A stretch of 64,000 nucleotides of DNA. Origin: Candidatus Omnitrophota bacterium (GTDB lineage: Bacteria; Omnitrophota; Gorgyraeia; Zapsychrales; Zapsychraceae). Below are positions 29,359-39,537 of the stretch, piece after piece; position 1 is the first letter of the stretch; each line of letters opens with the position of its first letter. The position numbers were made by a program, and so were the translations under genes. Location: positions 67,084 through 131,083 of the forward strand of contig JADFYJ010000001.1 in the NCBI GenBank assembly GCA_015233115.1, written 5' to 3'. The notes below the pieces were generated by a model. That model ran no database searches. It was not told the DNA's origin and saw only the letters and a list, made by a program, of their open reading frames with translations.

Positions 29359-29446
29359 GGAGAGGTGTCTGAGTGGTTGAAGGTGGCGGCCTCGAAAGTC
29401 GCTGTTTCGCATTGCGGAACCCAGGGTTCGAATCCCTGCCTCTCCG
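29359..29446 (+). tRNA. tRNA-Ser(CGA)
   Basis: GGAGAGG acceptor stem, GCGGC-CTCGAAA-GTCGC anticodon arm, long variable arm, GGTTCGAATCC; CCA not encoded. Confidence 0.97.
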
Positions 29447-29804
29447 TTTAAATTTAATCAGTCAAGGGATGAGAACCCAAAAGGGGTGTGTCAGGGGAAA
29501 GCCTGTTTCCCCTGTTCTCTAGAGGGGTGACAGCGAAGCGCCAGAGGGGGTATGGCCCCCTATGGAGAGGATGAGCGACTAGCGAAGACGAGTTCGTTTC
29601 CCTGCCTCTCCGTTTAAATTTAATCAGTCAAGGGATGAGAACCCAAAAGGGGTGTGTCAGGGGAAAGCCTGTTTCCCCTGTTCTCTAGAGGGGTGACAGC
29701 GAAGCGCCAGAGGGGGTATGGCCCCCTATGGAGAGGATGAGCGACTAGCGAAGACGAGTTCGTTTCCCTGCCTCTCCGTTTAAATTTAATCAGTCAAGGG
29801 ATGA
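29433..29804 (+). repeat. 166-bp tandem repeat (~2.2 copies), RtT-like
   Basis: TCCCTGCCTCTCCG at 29433, 29599 and 29765; units identical and rich in hairpins. Confidence 0.93.
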
Positions 29805-29891
29805 AAATATTTATTTTTGTTAGTAATCATATAGATTAATGGGACAATAATTTCGTCTTATAAAATACCTGACATTAAACAGGAGGCAGAC

Positions 29892-30875
29892 ATGCGGCGA
29901 ATCAAAAGCCTGTACATCTTTTGTTTAATTATGTGTATATTTACGTTTGCGGGTTGTACAAATAAATCTGCTTCAAAAAAACCTATCAAAATCTCCCTGA
30001 ATGTTTGGCCTGGATATGCCATTGCTTACCTTGCCCAGGAGAAGGGTATTTTTAAAAAAAACAATGTTGCAGTAGAATTGGTTTTAAAGGAATCCACAGC
30101 TGAATCTCTCGCTTTGTTTACTGACGGAGATGCTGACGGATGTTTGGATATTTTTATGGACGCGATTATGATTAACGCGAAAGGGATTCCGGCTATAATT
30201 GTTTCCCTGATAGATTATTCTACAAGCGGTGATGTTATTATAGGCAGACCGGAAATCCAGTCGTTATCTGAGCTTAAAGGGAAAACTGTGAGTTTTGAAG
30301 GGGTGAATACTTTCTCGCATATATTTGTCGTAAACGCGCTTGAAAAAGCGGGTGTCGAGGAAGATGATCTTAAATTTGAAAATATTAATGCCCATGATGT
30401 CTTGTCCGCGTTGGATGAAAAAAGGATTGACGCGGGACACACCTGGGAGCCCACCAAATCACGCGCATTAAAAAAAGGATATAAGATATTAGCCAAAGCG
30501 GGCGATTATCCCGGCATGATCACCGATGTTTTACTTTTTACACCGACAATGATAAAGGAGCGGCCCGAGGATATTCAGGCTATTATAAAATCATTGTTTG
30601 AGGCTCAGGATTATTTAAATAGTCACAAAGAGGAATCAATTTTGATTATGGCTGACAAAATGAAAATGTCCAAGGAAGAAATGATCGCGGGATTGGAAGG
30701 ATTGTATCAGCTGGATTTAAAAGAAAATATGACTTTGTTAACAACAAAAATTACCACGTTGGATGCTGCGGGAAAATTGATCATGGAATTTTATCTTAAC
30801 CATGGACAGCTTTCGAAAATCATCGATATTAAGAATATTGTTGAGCGAAAATTTATCGTGGAGTTGTCAAAATGA
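29892..30875 (+). CDS. SsuA/THI5(NMT1)-like solute-binding lipoprotein
   Basis: Lipobox FAGC; WPGYAIAYLAQEKG, DYSTSGD, HTWEP, YPGMITD. Confidence 0.88.
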   Translation: MRRIKSLYIFCLIMCIFTFAGCTNKSASKKPIKISLNVWPGYAIAYLAQEKGIFKKNNVAVELVLKESTAESLALFTDGDADGCLDIFMDAIMINAKGIPAIIVSLIDYSTSGDVIIGRPEIQSLSELKGKTVSFEGVNTFSHIFVVNALEKAGVEEDDLKFENINAHDVLSALDEKRIDAGHTWEPTKSRALKKGYKILAKAGDYPGMITDVLLFTPTMIKERPEDIQAIIKSLFEAQDYLNSHKEESILIMADKMKMSKEEMIAGLEGLYQLDLKENMTLLTTKITTLDAAGKLIMEFYLNHGQLSKIIDIKNIVERKFIVELSK

Positions 30876-33800
30876 AATTAATGTTGAAATTGGCATTCAC
30901 CATAATTGCCATATCTTTGGTTGCGCTGTGTCTGATCTTCTTTTTCACATGGACTGCCAATGTTAAAACCCTGGAGACGAAGACCAAAGATGATTTAGAG
31001 GAACTCGCGTTTCATGCTCTGGATAAAATAGACCGTAATTTTTTTGAACGCTCAGGCGATATCCGGATATTGGCAAATGATCCGGTTATCATTTCCCGGG
31101 ATTCGACTCCGCAACAGATTACTGAACGCCTTATTGCTTATCGGAATACGTATAAAATGTATGTTTCTTTAAGTTTTTTTGATTTGAACCGCGTTAGGAT
31201 TGCGGATACCTCCGGATTAAGACTGGGAATGCAGGATGTAAAAAATAAGTATTGGGATGATGTTTTGCAAGGCCAATTGAGCATAGCCTCGGATATTGAG
31301 GTTTCGGCATCGTTAGGTTCGAATGTTATATTTTTTGCTTCACCCGTCAGAGACAAGAACGGACAGCTTTTTGGGGTCGTAACAGCCAGGATGGCAGTGG
31401 ACAGATTGTATGAGATAGTAGGCGACATCAGTATTTCAAAGCAAGTCAAAGAAACCGTCCGTATAGATCTGGTTGATAAAGAAGGCAAACTTATTTATTC
31501 TAGCCACAACCGCAAAGGGATATTGCGAGATAATTTATCAGATTGGGGAGAGGATGTCAGGGATTTTCAAGGAAAAAATTCAGGCTTTAAATCGCCTCAT
31601 AAAAATCCTGGAGGCGAAGAATCTATTTCTGTTTTTTATCGTGAACAAGGATATCTTGATTTTCAAGGGAATGATTGGATATTAATAGTCCATATTCCTA
31701 CGCGAGTTGTTTTTGCTTCGGTGGTTGATTTAAGAAATAAATGGCTTCTCGTGATCATTCCTTTTGCCTTGCTGGCTGTCATCATTTCTATAATTTTGGC
31801 TATCCGATATTCCAAACCATTAACAAAATTGAGAGATGCTGCCAATGAAGTTGGCAGCGGGAATTTGAATGTCAGGGTTAATATAAAATCGTATGATGAG
31901 ATTGGAGATTTGGTTAATGTTTTTAACCGGATGGTCAGTAATCTTCAAGAGAACATGACTTCAATCGGAAGACTTGAACAAGAGATGGATCAGCGTAAGA
32001 AAATTGAAATCGCTCTCAAAGAAAGTGAAGAATGGTTTTCAACGACTTTAAAAAGTATTGGCGACGCGGTTATTGCTACGGACGAAAAAGGACGCGTAAA
32101 ATTTATTAATTATGTAGCAGAGCAATTGACGGGTTGGAAATATAACGAAGCTGTTGGGAAATCTTTGGACGAAATTTTTCATATTGTTAATGAACAAACA
32201 AGGGAAGTTGTTGAAAATCCGGTTGTGAAGGTACTCAGGGATGGCGGAGTGGTGGGTTTGGCTAACCACACGGTTTTAATTTCCAAAGAAGGGAAAGAGG
32301 TTCCGCTGGCTGACAGCGGTGCGCCTATTAGAAATACCGCGGGAGAAATTATTGGAGTTGTTCTCGTTTTTCAGGATGTTACTGAGCGTAAACAGGCCGA
32401 AGACGCGCTGCAGGAGAGCGAGCAACAATTTATGGATGTTTTGTATGCTTCCCAGGATGCCATTCTTTTGATTGATAGCGAGCAATTTGTTGATTGCAAT
32501 GAAGCTACCGCCCGAATGCTTGGATACGTCAACCGTGCTGAGCTTTTAATGACCCACCCATCGAAACTGTCCCCGCCTATACAGCCGGATGGACAAAATT
32601 CTTTTGGGAAAGCTAATGAGATGATGCGGATTGCTCATGAAAAAGGGTTTAATCGGTTTGAATGGGTACATCGAAAAGCAAATGGATCAGATTTTCCGGT
32701 TGAAGTGTCTCTGACTCCTGTCTTGGTTAAAGGAAAGAGTGTTCTTCATTGCGTATGGCGCGATATCTCTGAGCTGAAATTGGCAGAGACAGAATTGGCC
32801 CGGTACCAGGAGCATCTTGAAGATATCGTCAAGGAACGCACCGAACTTTTACAGGTGAGTGAGGAACGTTATCGTCATATCGCCTCAGCGATTACGGATT
32901 ACATTTATACAGTTCTTATTGAGAATGGAAGACCCGTACGGACGATTTATAATCCAGCATGTTTAGTGGTCACGGGATATTCTGCGGATGAATTCCGGGA
33001 AGATCCTATGCTTTGGATTAAGGTTGTCGTTGAAGAAGATCAGCCGCTAGTTGCAAAACAGATTGAAGAGATTTTAACTGGCAAAAGGGATGTTAAACCT
33101 ATCGAGCACCGTATGATCCATAAGGATGGCCGTATTTGCTGGGTGAAAAATACGATTGTTCTTCATCATGATACGCGCGGCTGCCTGGATTCTTACGATG
33201 GCCTTATTAGTGATATCACGGCTAGAAGAGAAGCAGAAAAAATTCTTGAGGATCAAAAAAGAGCGCTCGATGAACACGCGATTGTATCAAAGGCAGATGC
33301 TCGCGGGCACATCACTTATGTGAATGATAAGTTTTGTGAAATTTCACAATATTCCCGGGAGGAACTCATTGGAAAGGATCATCGGATTATCAATTCCGGA
33401 TATCACCCGAAAGTGTTTTTTGAGAATTTATGGCGCACAATTAAAAGCGGAAAAGTTTGGCAAGGCAAGATTCGTAACCGGGCCCAGGATGGAAGTTTTT
33501 ACTGGGTTCAATCAACGATAGTGCCGGTTTTGGATGAAGGAGGTGCCGTTAAAGAATATATTAGTGCCAGAACAGATATTACTCAGAGTGTAGAAAATGA
33601 GGAACGTCTGGAAAGGGCGATGCTGGTCAAGTCGAACTTTGTTTCTACAGTTTCTCATGAACTGCGTACTCCCTTGGCATCCATCAAATCATCTATTGAC
33701 ATTTTGGATACTGAGGCGCCTGGAAAACTTAATGAGGATCAGAAAATTTTTATTGTTCGGGTGAAATCTAATATTGATCGTCTAGCACGGCTTATTAATG

Positions 33801-34666
33801 ATGTGCTTGATCTTTCCAAATTGGAGTCAGGCAAGATGATCATTAATTTGGTACCTTTTCATCCCGAAGAAGTGGTCAGAGACGTTATTGAGATGCAGAA
33901 ATCGGTTATCAAAAATAAAGCAGTCACTTTAGAGATAAAAAGTGAAAAAGGTTTGCCAGCGCTTTCCGCGGATAAAGACCGGGTGATCCAGGTTCTTAAT
34001 AATTTGATTAGTAATGCGTTAAAATTTACTCATGAGGGGAACATAACTGTTTCTGTCTCTTGCTTTGATCGAAAATTGATGACATTTTGTGTTCGCGATA
34101 CGGGCATGGGAATCAAGGAAGAAGATTTGCCCAAGTTGTTTCAAAAATTCCAGCAAGTGGGGGGCGCGAGCCAGCAAGTGAGCGGGACAGGGCTGGGGCT
34201 GGCGATCTGTAAAGAAATCGTTGAGAGGCACAATGGCCGGATCTGGGTTGAATCACAGTTTGGAAAAGGGAGCGCGTTTTTCTTTACTGTGCCAGTAAAA
34301 CATGATAAACGTATTTTAGTCGTCGATGATGATCCAGTTATTTCTAAATTGATTAGAAGCCTTCTTGAGAAAACGGAGAAATATGAAATTGAATCGGTTA
34401 CTGATGGATTTTTAGCCGGTCAGAAATATTTGGAGTTTGATCCGCATATTATTATTCTCGATGTTGGATTGCCGGGATTGAATGGGCTTGAGGTTTGTGC
34501 CAGGATTAAGAAAGACCCTAACACCATGCATACGAAAATTATGATGTTTTCTAGTTTCACCGAAGATTTGGAAAAAAAGTGTTGGGATGTGGGCGCGGAT
34601 GACATTTTAAATAAACCTTTGGATCAAGAAGAATTGTTTTTAAAAATCAGCAAACTTATCGAATAA
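30872..34666 (+). CDS. Hybrid histidine kinase (dCache-HAMP-PAS x4-HisKA-HATPase-REC)
   Basis: SHELRTPL, NLISNALKF, DTGMGI, GTGLGL, C-terminal REC. Confidence 0.93.
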   Translation: MKLMLKLAFTIIAISLVALCLIFFFTWTANVKTLETKTKDDLEELAFHALDKIDRNFFERSGDIRILANDPVIISRDSTPQQITERLIAYRNTYKMYVSLSFFDLNRVRIADTSGLRLGMQDVKNKYWDDVLQGQLSIASDIEVSASLGSNVIFFASPVRDKNGQLFGVVTARMAVDRLYEIVGDISISKQVKETVRIDLVDKEGKLIYSSHNRKGILRDNLSDWGEDVRDFQGKNSGFKSPHKNPGGEESISVFYREQGYLDFQGNDWILIVHIPTRVVFASVVDLRNKWLLVIIPFALLAVIISIILAIRYSKPLTKLRDAANEVGSGNLNVRVNIKSYDEIGDLVNVFNRMVSNLQENMTSIGRLEQEMDQRKKIEIALKESEEWFSTTLKSIGDAVIATDEKGRVKFINYVAEQLTGWKYNEAVGKSLDEIFHIVNEQTREVVENPVVKVLRDGGVVGLANHTVLISKEGKEVPLADSGAPIRNTAGEIIGVVLVFQDVTERKQAEDALQESEQQFMDVLYASQDAILLIDSEQFVDCNEATARMLGYVNRAELLMTHPSKLSPPIQPDGQNSFGKANEMMRIAHEKGFNRFEWVHRKANGSDFPVEVSLTPVLVKGKSVLHCVWRDISELKLAETELARYQEHLEDIVKERTELLQVSEERYRHIASAITDYIYTVLIENGRPVRTIYNPACLVVTGYSADEFREDPMLWIKVVVEEDQPLVAKQIEEILTGKRDVKPIEHRMIHKDGRICWVKNTIVLHHDTRGCLDSYDGLISDITARREAEKILEDQKRALDEHAIVSKADARGHITYVNDKFCEISQYSREELIGKDHRIINSGYHPKVFFENLWRTIKSGKVWQGKIRNRAQDGSFYWVQSTIVPVLDEGGAVKEYISARTDITQSVENEERLERAMLVKSNFVSTVSHELRTPLASIKSSIDILDTEAPGKLNEDQKIFIVRVKSNIDRLARLINDVLDLSKLESGKMIINLVPFHPEEVVRDVIEMQKSVIKNKAVTLEIKSEKGLPALSADKDRVIQVLNNLISNALKFTHEGNITVSVSCFDRKLMTFCVRDTGMGIKEEDLPKLFQKFQQVGGASQQVSGTGLGLAICKEIVERHNGRIWVESQFGKGSAFFFTVPVKHDKRILVVDDDPVISKLIRSLLEKTEKYEIESVTDGFLAGQKYLEFDPHIIILDVGLPGLNGLEVCARIKKDPNTMHTKIMMFSSFTEDLEKKCWDVGADDILNKPLDQEELFLKISKLIE

Positions 34667-34681
34667 CGGAAGGATAGGAAT

Positions 34682-35443
34682 ATGAAAGCAAAAATACTTA
34701 TTATTGATGATGAATTGGATTTGCGCGAGAATTTGAAGTATGTTTTTCTGATGAAAGGTTATGAGGTTGAACTGGCTGAGAATGGAGTTCAAGGATTAAA
34801 AAAATTAGAAACTTTTAGCCCAGACTTGATTGTATTAGACCTTAACATGCCTCAGATGGGCGGTATTGAATTTTATCAAAAAATTTGTGATCAAGATATT
34901 CCCAAGTATCCGGTTTTTGTGCTGACCGCCAGAGCGAATATGGAACAATTTTTTAGGGATTTTAATGTGGACGGATTTATGGCCAAGCCATTTGAAATTC
35001 CGGATTTGCTGAATGAGGTGAGCGCCATCTTAGATAAAAAATTGGGTAAAACTGAGGATCATGTATCTAAAGGAGGCGGAAATAAGAACGTTTTTATCGT
35101 GGAAAATAATGAAGTTTTTTCAGCCAAAGTGGGGGCTGCTTTCCTGATGAAAGGGTTTACGGTAAACTTGGCAAAAACGGGTACTGAGGCGATTGAGCGA
35201 ATTTCCCAAGTTGTTCCTGAGGTAGCTTGCGTGAAAATGAATTTGTCGGATATTTCCGGAGAAATGGTCATTGCCAAACTAAAGCGTATGGCCAAGACCT
35301 CGCGGGTGAAATTTATATTGTTTGATATAGGTATCGCGGATAATGAAATGGTAACAAATATGATTCAACATAAATTCGGCGTTGATAAATTTGCGATTGT
35401 GTCTTCGGAGAAAGATTTAATTGATGCGGTTGAAACACTTTAA
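34682..35443 (+). CDS. REC + degenerate REC protein
   Basis: First REC intact (IIDDE, LDLNMP, AKP); second lacks the phospho-acceptor Asp. Confidence 0.85.
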   Translation: MKAKILIIDDELDLRENLKYVFLMKGYEVELAENGVQGLKKLETFSPDLIVLDLNMPQMGGIEFYQKICDQDIPKYPVFVLTARANMEQFFRDFNVDGFMAKPFEIPDLLNEVSAILDKKLGKTEDHVSKGGGNKNVFIVENNEVFSAKVGAAFLMKGFTVNLAKTGTEAIERISQVVPEVACVKMNLSDISGEMVIAKLKRMAKTSRVKFILFDIGIADNEMVTNMIQHKFGVDKFAIVSSEKDLIDAVETL

Positions 35444-35473
35444 ATATTGTGGTGTTATTATACAAAACAAAAA

Positions 35474-35502
35474 TTGACAAACATAAAAGATTAAGATAAA
35501 TT
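35474..35502 (+). promoter_or_regulatory. Sigma70-type promoter
   Basis: TTGACA-17 bp-TAAATT. Confidence 0.55.
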
Positions 35503-35525
35503 AATCACACTATTCTATAAATCAC

Positions 35526-36104
35526 GTGGCTTATATTTATATGCAGCTGGGTCAATCAAATTTTAGAGTTCTGGTCATTATTCCGTTGATCGTACTTTTC
35601 ACCTCAACGGCTTTTTCTGCCGAAGTGTATTATTTAGGAAGTAATTCTTCGCGTTCTTCATCTGCTGTCAATCCGGGTTTTTCTGCAAAACAAAGAGTTA
35701 ATGATTTATTTAAATCATTATATTCTGTCCAAAAAAATAATAATTCTTCAGGTTATATTGGCGGAAATTTTAGCCAGTCTGTTTCGTGGAACAATTTCAA
35801 TTTAACTTGGCCGTTTCATATGCCAGGTTTAAAAGGTTTTGAGAAAAATGGTTCTGCGCAGATTCAACTTTCAGCATCCACATTCGAAAGTTTAAATACT
35901 GCTCCTACAGGCGGATATGGCGCCAGTGGGACTATACCTGCCGATGCCGATGGAGTAGGAAAAGTATTTGTTTTTATTACGAAAGAAGGCTATTACGGTA
36001 AACTTAAGACCACGGCTAATCCAGGTGCCGCGAATACCGCTGATCCAGTTATTTTTGATTATGTGGTACAGACCAATGGTACAACAAATCTGGCTACACA
36101 ATAA
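35526..36104 (+). CDS. Hypothetical exported protein
   Basis: Signal-peptide-like segment ending AFSA; S/G/T/N-rich beta-type composition; start uncertain. Confidence 0.6.
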   Translation: MAYIYMQLGQSNFRVLVIIPLIVLFTSTAFSAEVYYLGSNSSRSSSAVNPGFSAKQRVNDLFKSLYSVQKNNNSSGYIGGNFSQSVSWNNFNLTWPFHMPGLKGFEKNGSAQIQLSASTFESLNTAPTGGYGASGTIPADADGVGKVFVFITKEGYYGKLKTTANPGAANTADPVIFDYVVQTNGTTNLATQ

Positions 36105-36241
36105 TTTTTTTTAATCAAAGTATTGTCCAAAATTTAATCTGCATAGATCAGGCTGCCTAGATTTTTATCTAATTTTTTATCTTATATTTTACAATTATGT
36201 TATAGTAAAAATTCAAATCCAAGCTTAACCAAGGAATAATC

Positions 36242-37075
36242 ATGTTAAATTTTAATGTTGATAAGGAAAATTGTATTAAGTGTGGAGTCTGTGTATCAGA
36301 TTGCCCAGCGATGATTATTAATATGACGGATAATGGCCCAATTATTCTTCCTGAGAAAGAAAATAATTGTTTTAAATGTCAGCATTGTCTTGCTGTGTGT
36401 CCGGTCGGAGCTATTGCTATTTTGGGCGTTCAGCCGCGGGAAAGCCATCCTTTAACTGGAGAGTTGCCATCATCGGAGCAGATGGAAATGCTGATTAAAG
36501 GTCGCCGTTCAATCCGTAAGTATAAAGACGAAAATTTAGATCCTAAATTGATTCAGCGTCTTTTGGATACGGCCTGGTATGCGCCGACTGGAAAGAATAC
36601 CAAACAAGTTCAGCTCACTGTGGTTGATGATCGTGAAGTGATGAATCAATTTCGAAATAAAGCTATGACAGCTCTGTCCCGTCTCACCAAAGAGGGAAAA
36701 CTACCAGCAGGTTTGGAATTTTTTGCGGATATGGTGAATGCTTGGGAAAAGAATCATGTGGATGTGATTTTCCGTGGCGCACCGCATATGTTGATTGCTT
36801 CAGCACCAAAAAATGGAGTTTCACCGTTTCCAGATTGCATCATTGCGCTTTCTTACTTTGAACTTTTTGCGCAAAGTTTGGGTATAGGAACTATTTGGTC
36901 AGGATTGGCGAGATGGACCATCGCGGAACTTGTTCCTGAGCTTCGTAAAGATTTGGGAATCCCGGATGATCATATCATCGGGTTAGTCATGCCTTTTGGA
37001 AAACCAGCTGTCAAATATTTCCGATGTGTCCAGCATAAAACTCCTCATATTGTCAAAGTATCTAGAATTCAATAA
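36242..37075 (+). CDS. Nitroreductase with N-terminal 2[4Fe-4S] domain
   Basis: CIKCGVCVSDCP and CFKCQHCLAVCP; RRSIRKY, APTGKN. Confidence 0.92.
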   Translation: MLNFNVDKENCIKCGVCVSDCPAMIINMTDNGPIILPEKENNCFKCQHCLAVCPVGAIAILGVQPRESHPLTGELPSSEQMEMLIKGRRSIRKYKDENLDPKLIQRLLDTAWYAPTGKNTKQVQLTVVDDREVMNQFRNKAMTALSRLTKEGKLPAGLEFFADMVNAWEKNHVDVIFRGAPHMLIASAPKNGVSPFPDCIIALSYFELFAQSLGIGTIWSGLARWTIAELVPELRKDLGIPDDHIIGLVMPFGKPAVKYFRCVQHKTPHIVKVSRIQ

Positions 37076-37094
37076 TTTTATTAAAGGTTTATAA

Positions 37095-37952
37095 ATGAAT
37101 AAAATAGAGTCGGAACAATATAATAAAATTTGTGAAGCCAATTTGATTTTTTATAAGCAGACCGCTGATCAATATGAGTCCACTGAAACGTGTTTGGTAG
37201 ATAAAAAAGTTCAAGCTGGTTTGCAAAAGGATTTGGAAAATATTGTAGGATTTTTAAGGCAAAATAAAACCAAGGATGTTTATACGGTTTTAGACGCCTG
37301 CGGTGGATCTGGTAACGTGGCAACAAAATTGGTGCGGATGAAAAATCTCAATGTGACGTTGTGTGATCAGAGTCAGGAGTTAATTAATATTTTTTTGAAG
37401 AAAATAGCGGGACAAAATGTTATCTGTCAAGTCGTTAACACCGAAATTTCTACACATCTATCCCTTGCTCCGCAAAAATACGATTTAATTGTTTTTTCGT
37501 CAGCTCTTCATCATTTAGAGAATTATGAAGCGGTTTTAAAACTGGCAGCTGATTGTTTAGCAGACCACGGATTTATTTTTACTGCCTTTGATCCTATTCA
37601 GTGGAAAGGGCCTGCGCGTCTGATTATGCGTTTGGATTATTTAACGTTTAAACTTCTTCATCATTCCAAAGATGTTATTCCTGCGGTTCGTCGAAAGATT
37701 GGGCAGTGCTTAACCAAATTTTCAAAGCGATTGCCAGCCAAAGATCAAGTGAATTGGGGAGAAATAGCTGAATACCATGTGGATAAAGGGATCAATGATT
37801 TTGAATTGGTTCGTGCTATGGAGCAGAAACTATTAACAACGGTTTGGCATCGCCGGGAGACAAAGGCCAGGTATTTTATTTTTGAATTATTATTAAAATG
37901 CTGTGGGTGCAAGACGAATTTTACCCTGTTATTACAAAAAAAACCATGCTAA
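37095..37952 (+). CDS. Class I SAM-dependent methyltransferase
   Basis: VLDACGGSG motif I; YDLIVFSSALHHL. Confidence 0.85.
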   Translation: MNKIESEQYNKICEANLIFYKQTADQYESTETCLVDKKVQAGLQKDLENIVGFLRQNKTKDVYTVLDACGGSGNVATKLVRMKNLNVTLCDQSQELINIFLKKIAGQNVICQVVNTEISTHLSLAPQKYDLIVFSSALHHLENYEAVLKLAADCLADHGFIFTAFDPIQWKGPARLIMRLDYLTFKLLHHSKDVIPAVRRKIGQCLTKFSKRLPAKDQVNWGEIAEYHVDKGINDFELVRAMEQKLLTTVWHRRETKARYFIFELLLKCCGCKTNFTLLLQKKPC

Positions 37953-38641
37953 AAATTTTAAGTCAGATTGAGGAAGGAATTCGGGCTTATCATATTCTTG
38001 AAGAAGGCGACCGTATTCTGGCCGCTATATCTGGAGGGAAAGACAGCTTAACCATGCTGCATTTTCTTAAGCAAATTCAGGCCTCTTCCAAAGTCCATTT
38101 TGATTTATCCGCAGTTCATATTAAGACGGATTTCCATTGCGGTTCCTGCGTTCACCGGGAAATGTTAAAAGATGTTTTTGAGCGTTTAGATGTTCCTTAT
38201 GTCATCAAAGATATTAAGGTTTTGGATGAACAAAAACAGACGAATTGCTTCTGGTGTTCCTGGTGCCGTAGAAAATGCTTATTTGAGACGGCGCGCGAGT
38301 TGGGGTGTAATAAGATTGCTTTTGGCCACCATAAAGATGATATCGTTGAGACTGTTCTTTTAAATTTATTTTTTAAAGGCGAGATTTCAACGATGACTCC
38401 GAATCAGGAAATGTTTAAAGGTGAGATTCGATTGATCCGGCCGCTATGCCTGGTAGATGAGGCCTTGATCAAACAATTTGCGCAGGAAAACAATTTTCCT
38501 CATCAAATGTGCCGCTGTCCATATGGTGCTGTTTCACAAAGAAAAACCATGAAATCGATTATTGATGATTTTTCTAATAATTTTCCAACGATTGATGTGC
38601 GAAATAATATTTTTAAAAGTTTATCAAATATTAAAATGTAG
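37946..38641 (+). CDS. ttcA: tRNA 2-thiocytidine biosynthesis protein TtcA family
   Basis: PP-loop SGGKDS, CFWCSWCRR, GHHKDD, IRPL, CRCP. Confidence 0.85.
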   Translation: MLKILSQIEEGIRAYHILEEGDRILAAISGGKDSLTMLHFLKQIQASSKVHFDLSAVHIKTDFHCGSCVHREMLKDVFERLDVPYVIKDIKVLDEQKQTNCFWCSWCRRKCLFETARELGCNKIAFGHHKDDIVETVLLNLFFKGEISTMTPNQEMFKGEIRLIRPLCLVDEALIKQFAQENNFPHQMCRCPYGAVSQRKTMKSIIDDFSNNFPTIDVRNNIFKSLSNIKM

Positions 38642-38655
38642 AGAAGGGAGAAAAA

Positions 38656-38687
38656 AGAAGATAGACAAGAGATATTATCTATCTTCT
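38656..38687. terminator. Probable bidirectional terminator hairpin
   Basis: AGAAGATAGA/TCTATCTTCT stem between converging ttcA and ferredoxin genes. Confidence 0.5.
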
Positions 38688-38704
38688 AATTTTCTTTTTA
38701 ATAA

Positions 38705-38872
38705 TTAACCAGCTGAAATGGCGTTGACTGGGCAAACTGTAGAACAGACTCCGCAATCAATACACTTCGCGGGATCGATTTTATAAGGAGTGCCTTCTGA
38801 AATAGCTTCAACAGGACATTCAGGTTTGCAAGTTCCGCATGCGACACAAGTATCACTAATTTTATAGGCCAT
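38705..38872 (-). CDS. fdx: Clostridial-type 2[4Fe-4S] ferredoxin (55 aa)
   Basis: MAYKISDTCVACGTCKPECP...CIDCGVCSTVCP; start re-called to ATG 38872 after AAGGGG. Confidence 0.95.
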   Translation of the reverse strand: MAYKISDTCVACGTCKPECPVEAISEGTPYKIDPAKCIDCGVCSTVCPVNAISAG

Positions 38873-38982
38873 TTGAACCCCCTTGGTAGTGGTTTGAAAA
38901 ATTTTGATTATTTTAGCATACGCGTTATATAATACAAGAAAAAAGCCTAAAAAAGCCACAAAAAAGTCATAGAAAGGCAGTT

Positions 38983-39537
38983 ATGAATTTCAAACTCGCG
39001 TTTTTGGTTTTACCAATAGTATTTTTAGGCGCCAGCATGAGTGATGCCAAAAAAAGTGTGAGTACAGTTTTGGATAATAAGAAGTCAATTTCGGTTAAAC
39101 GCAGTCAGGGTATTTGTTATTCAGAAAAAGCAGGCGTATCATTTAAATGCAAAAATTCTTGGAATTTAACGGTTATGGATGGTGCCAATTTGTTTAATAG
39201 TAAAGAAATGCCGCATTTAACAGTTTCCGTCTCAACTATGGTGGTTGATTTTACAGTTTTGGAAGAGTTGGACCATGGATTTTTACATTCCACCGGATTA
39301 TATAGTGATAATTTTCAAAGAGAACATGTTATGTGCGCAGGACGTCCGGCATTAAAAATTAAGGCTTACGCTAAAGATAATCCCCATATGCGTTATGTAG
39401 GGCTATTTTTCTTAAAAAATAAAGAATTGACCAGCATATTGTTTTCCGTATATCCAGAAAAAAAATATTGGGATCAATATCAATTTACAATTAAAGAGAT
39501 GATTGATAGTTTAAATTTTATCGGATCTAATAAATGA
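38983..39537 (+). CDS. Hypothetical exported protein
   Basis: Signal peptide; PsbP-like alpha/beta pattern only tentatively. Confidence 0.65.
   Translation: MNFKLAFLVLPIVFLGASMSDAKKSVSTVLDNKKSISVKRSQGICYSEKAGVSFKCKNSWNLTVMDGANLFNSKEMPHLTVSVSTMVVDFTVLEELDHGFLHSTGLYSDNFQREHVMCAGRPALKIKAYAKDNPHMRYVGLFFLKNKELTSILFSVYPEKKYWDQYQFTIKEMIDSLNFIGSNK

Noticed and set aside
29433-29804. Possible CRISPR array
   Set aside because: Units are identical 166-bp tandem copies with no unique spacers, and no cas genes are present.
37946-38641. Functional link between ttcA and the three nearby tRNA-Ser genes
   Set aside because: Known TtcA substrates are tRNA-Arg species and tRNA-Ser(GCU), not the UGA, CGA or GGA isoacceptors.
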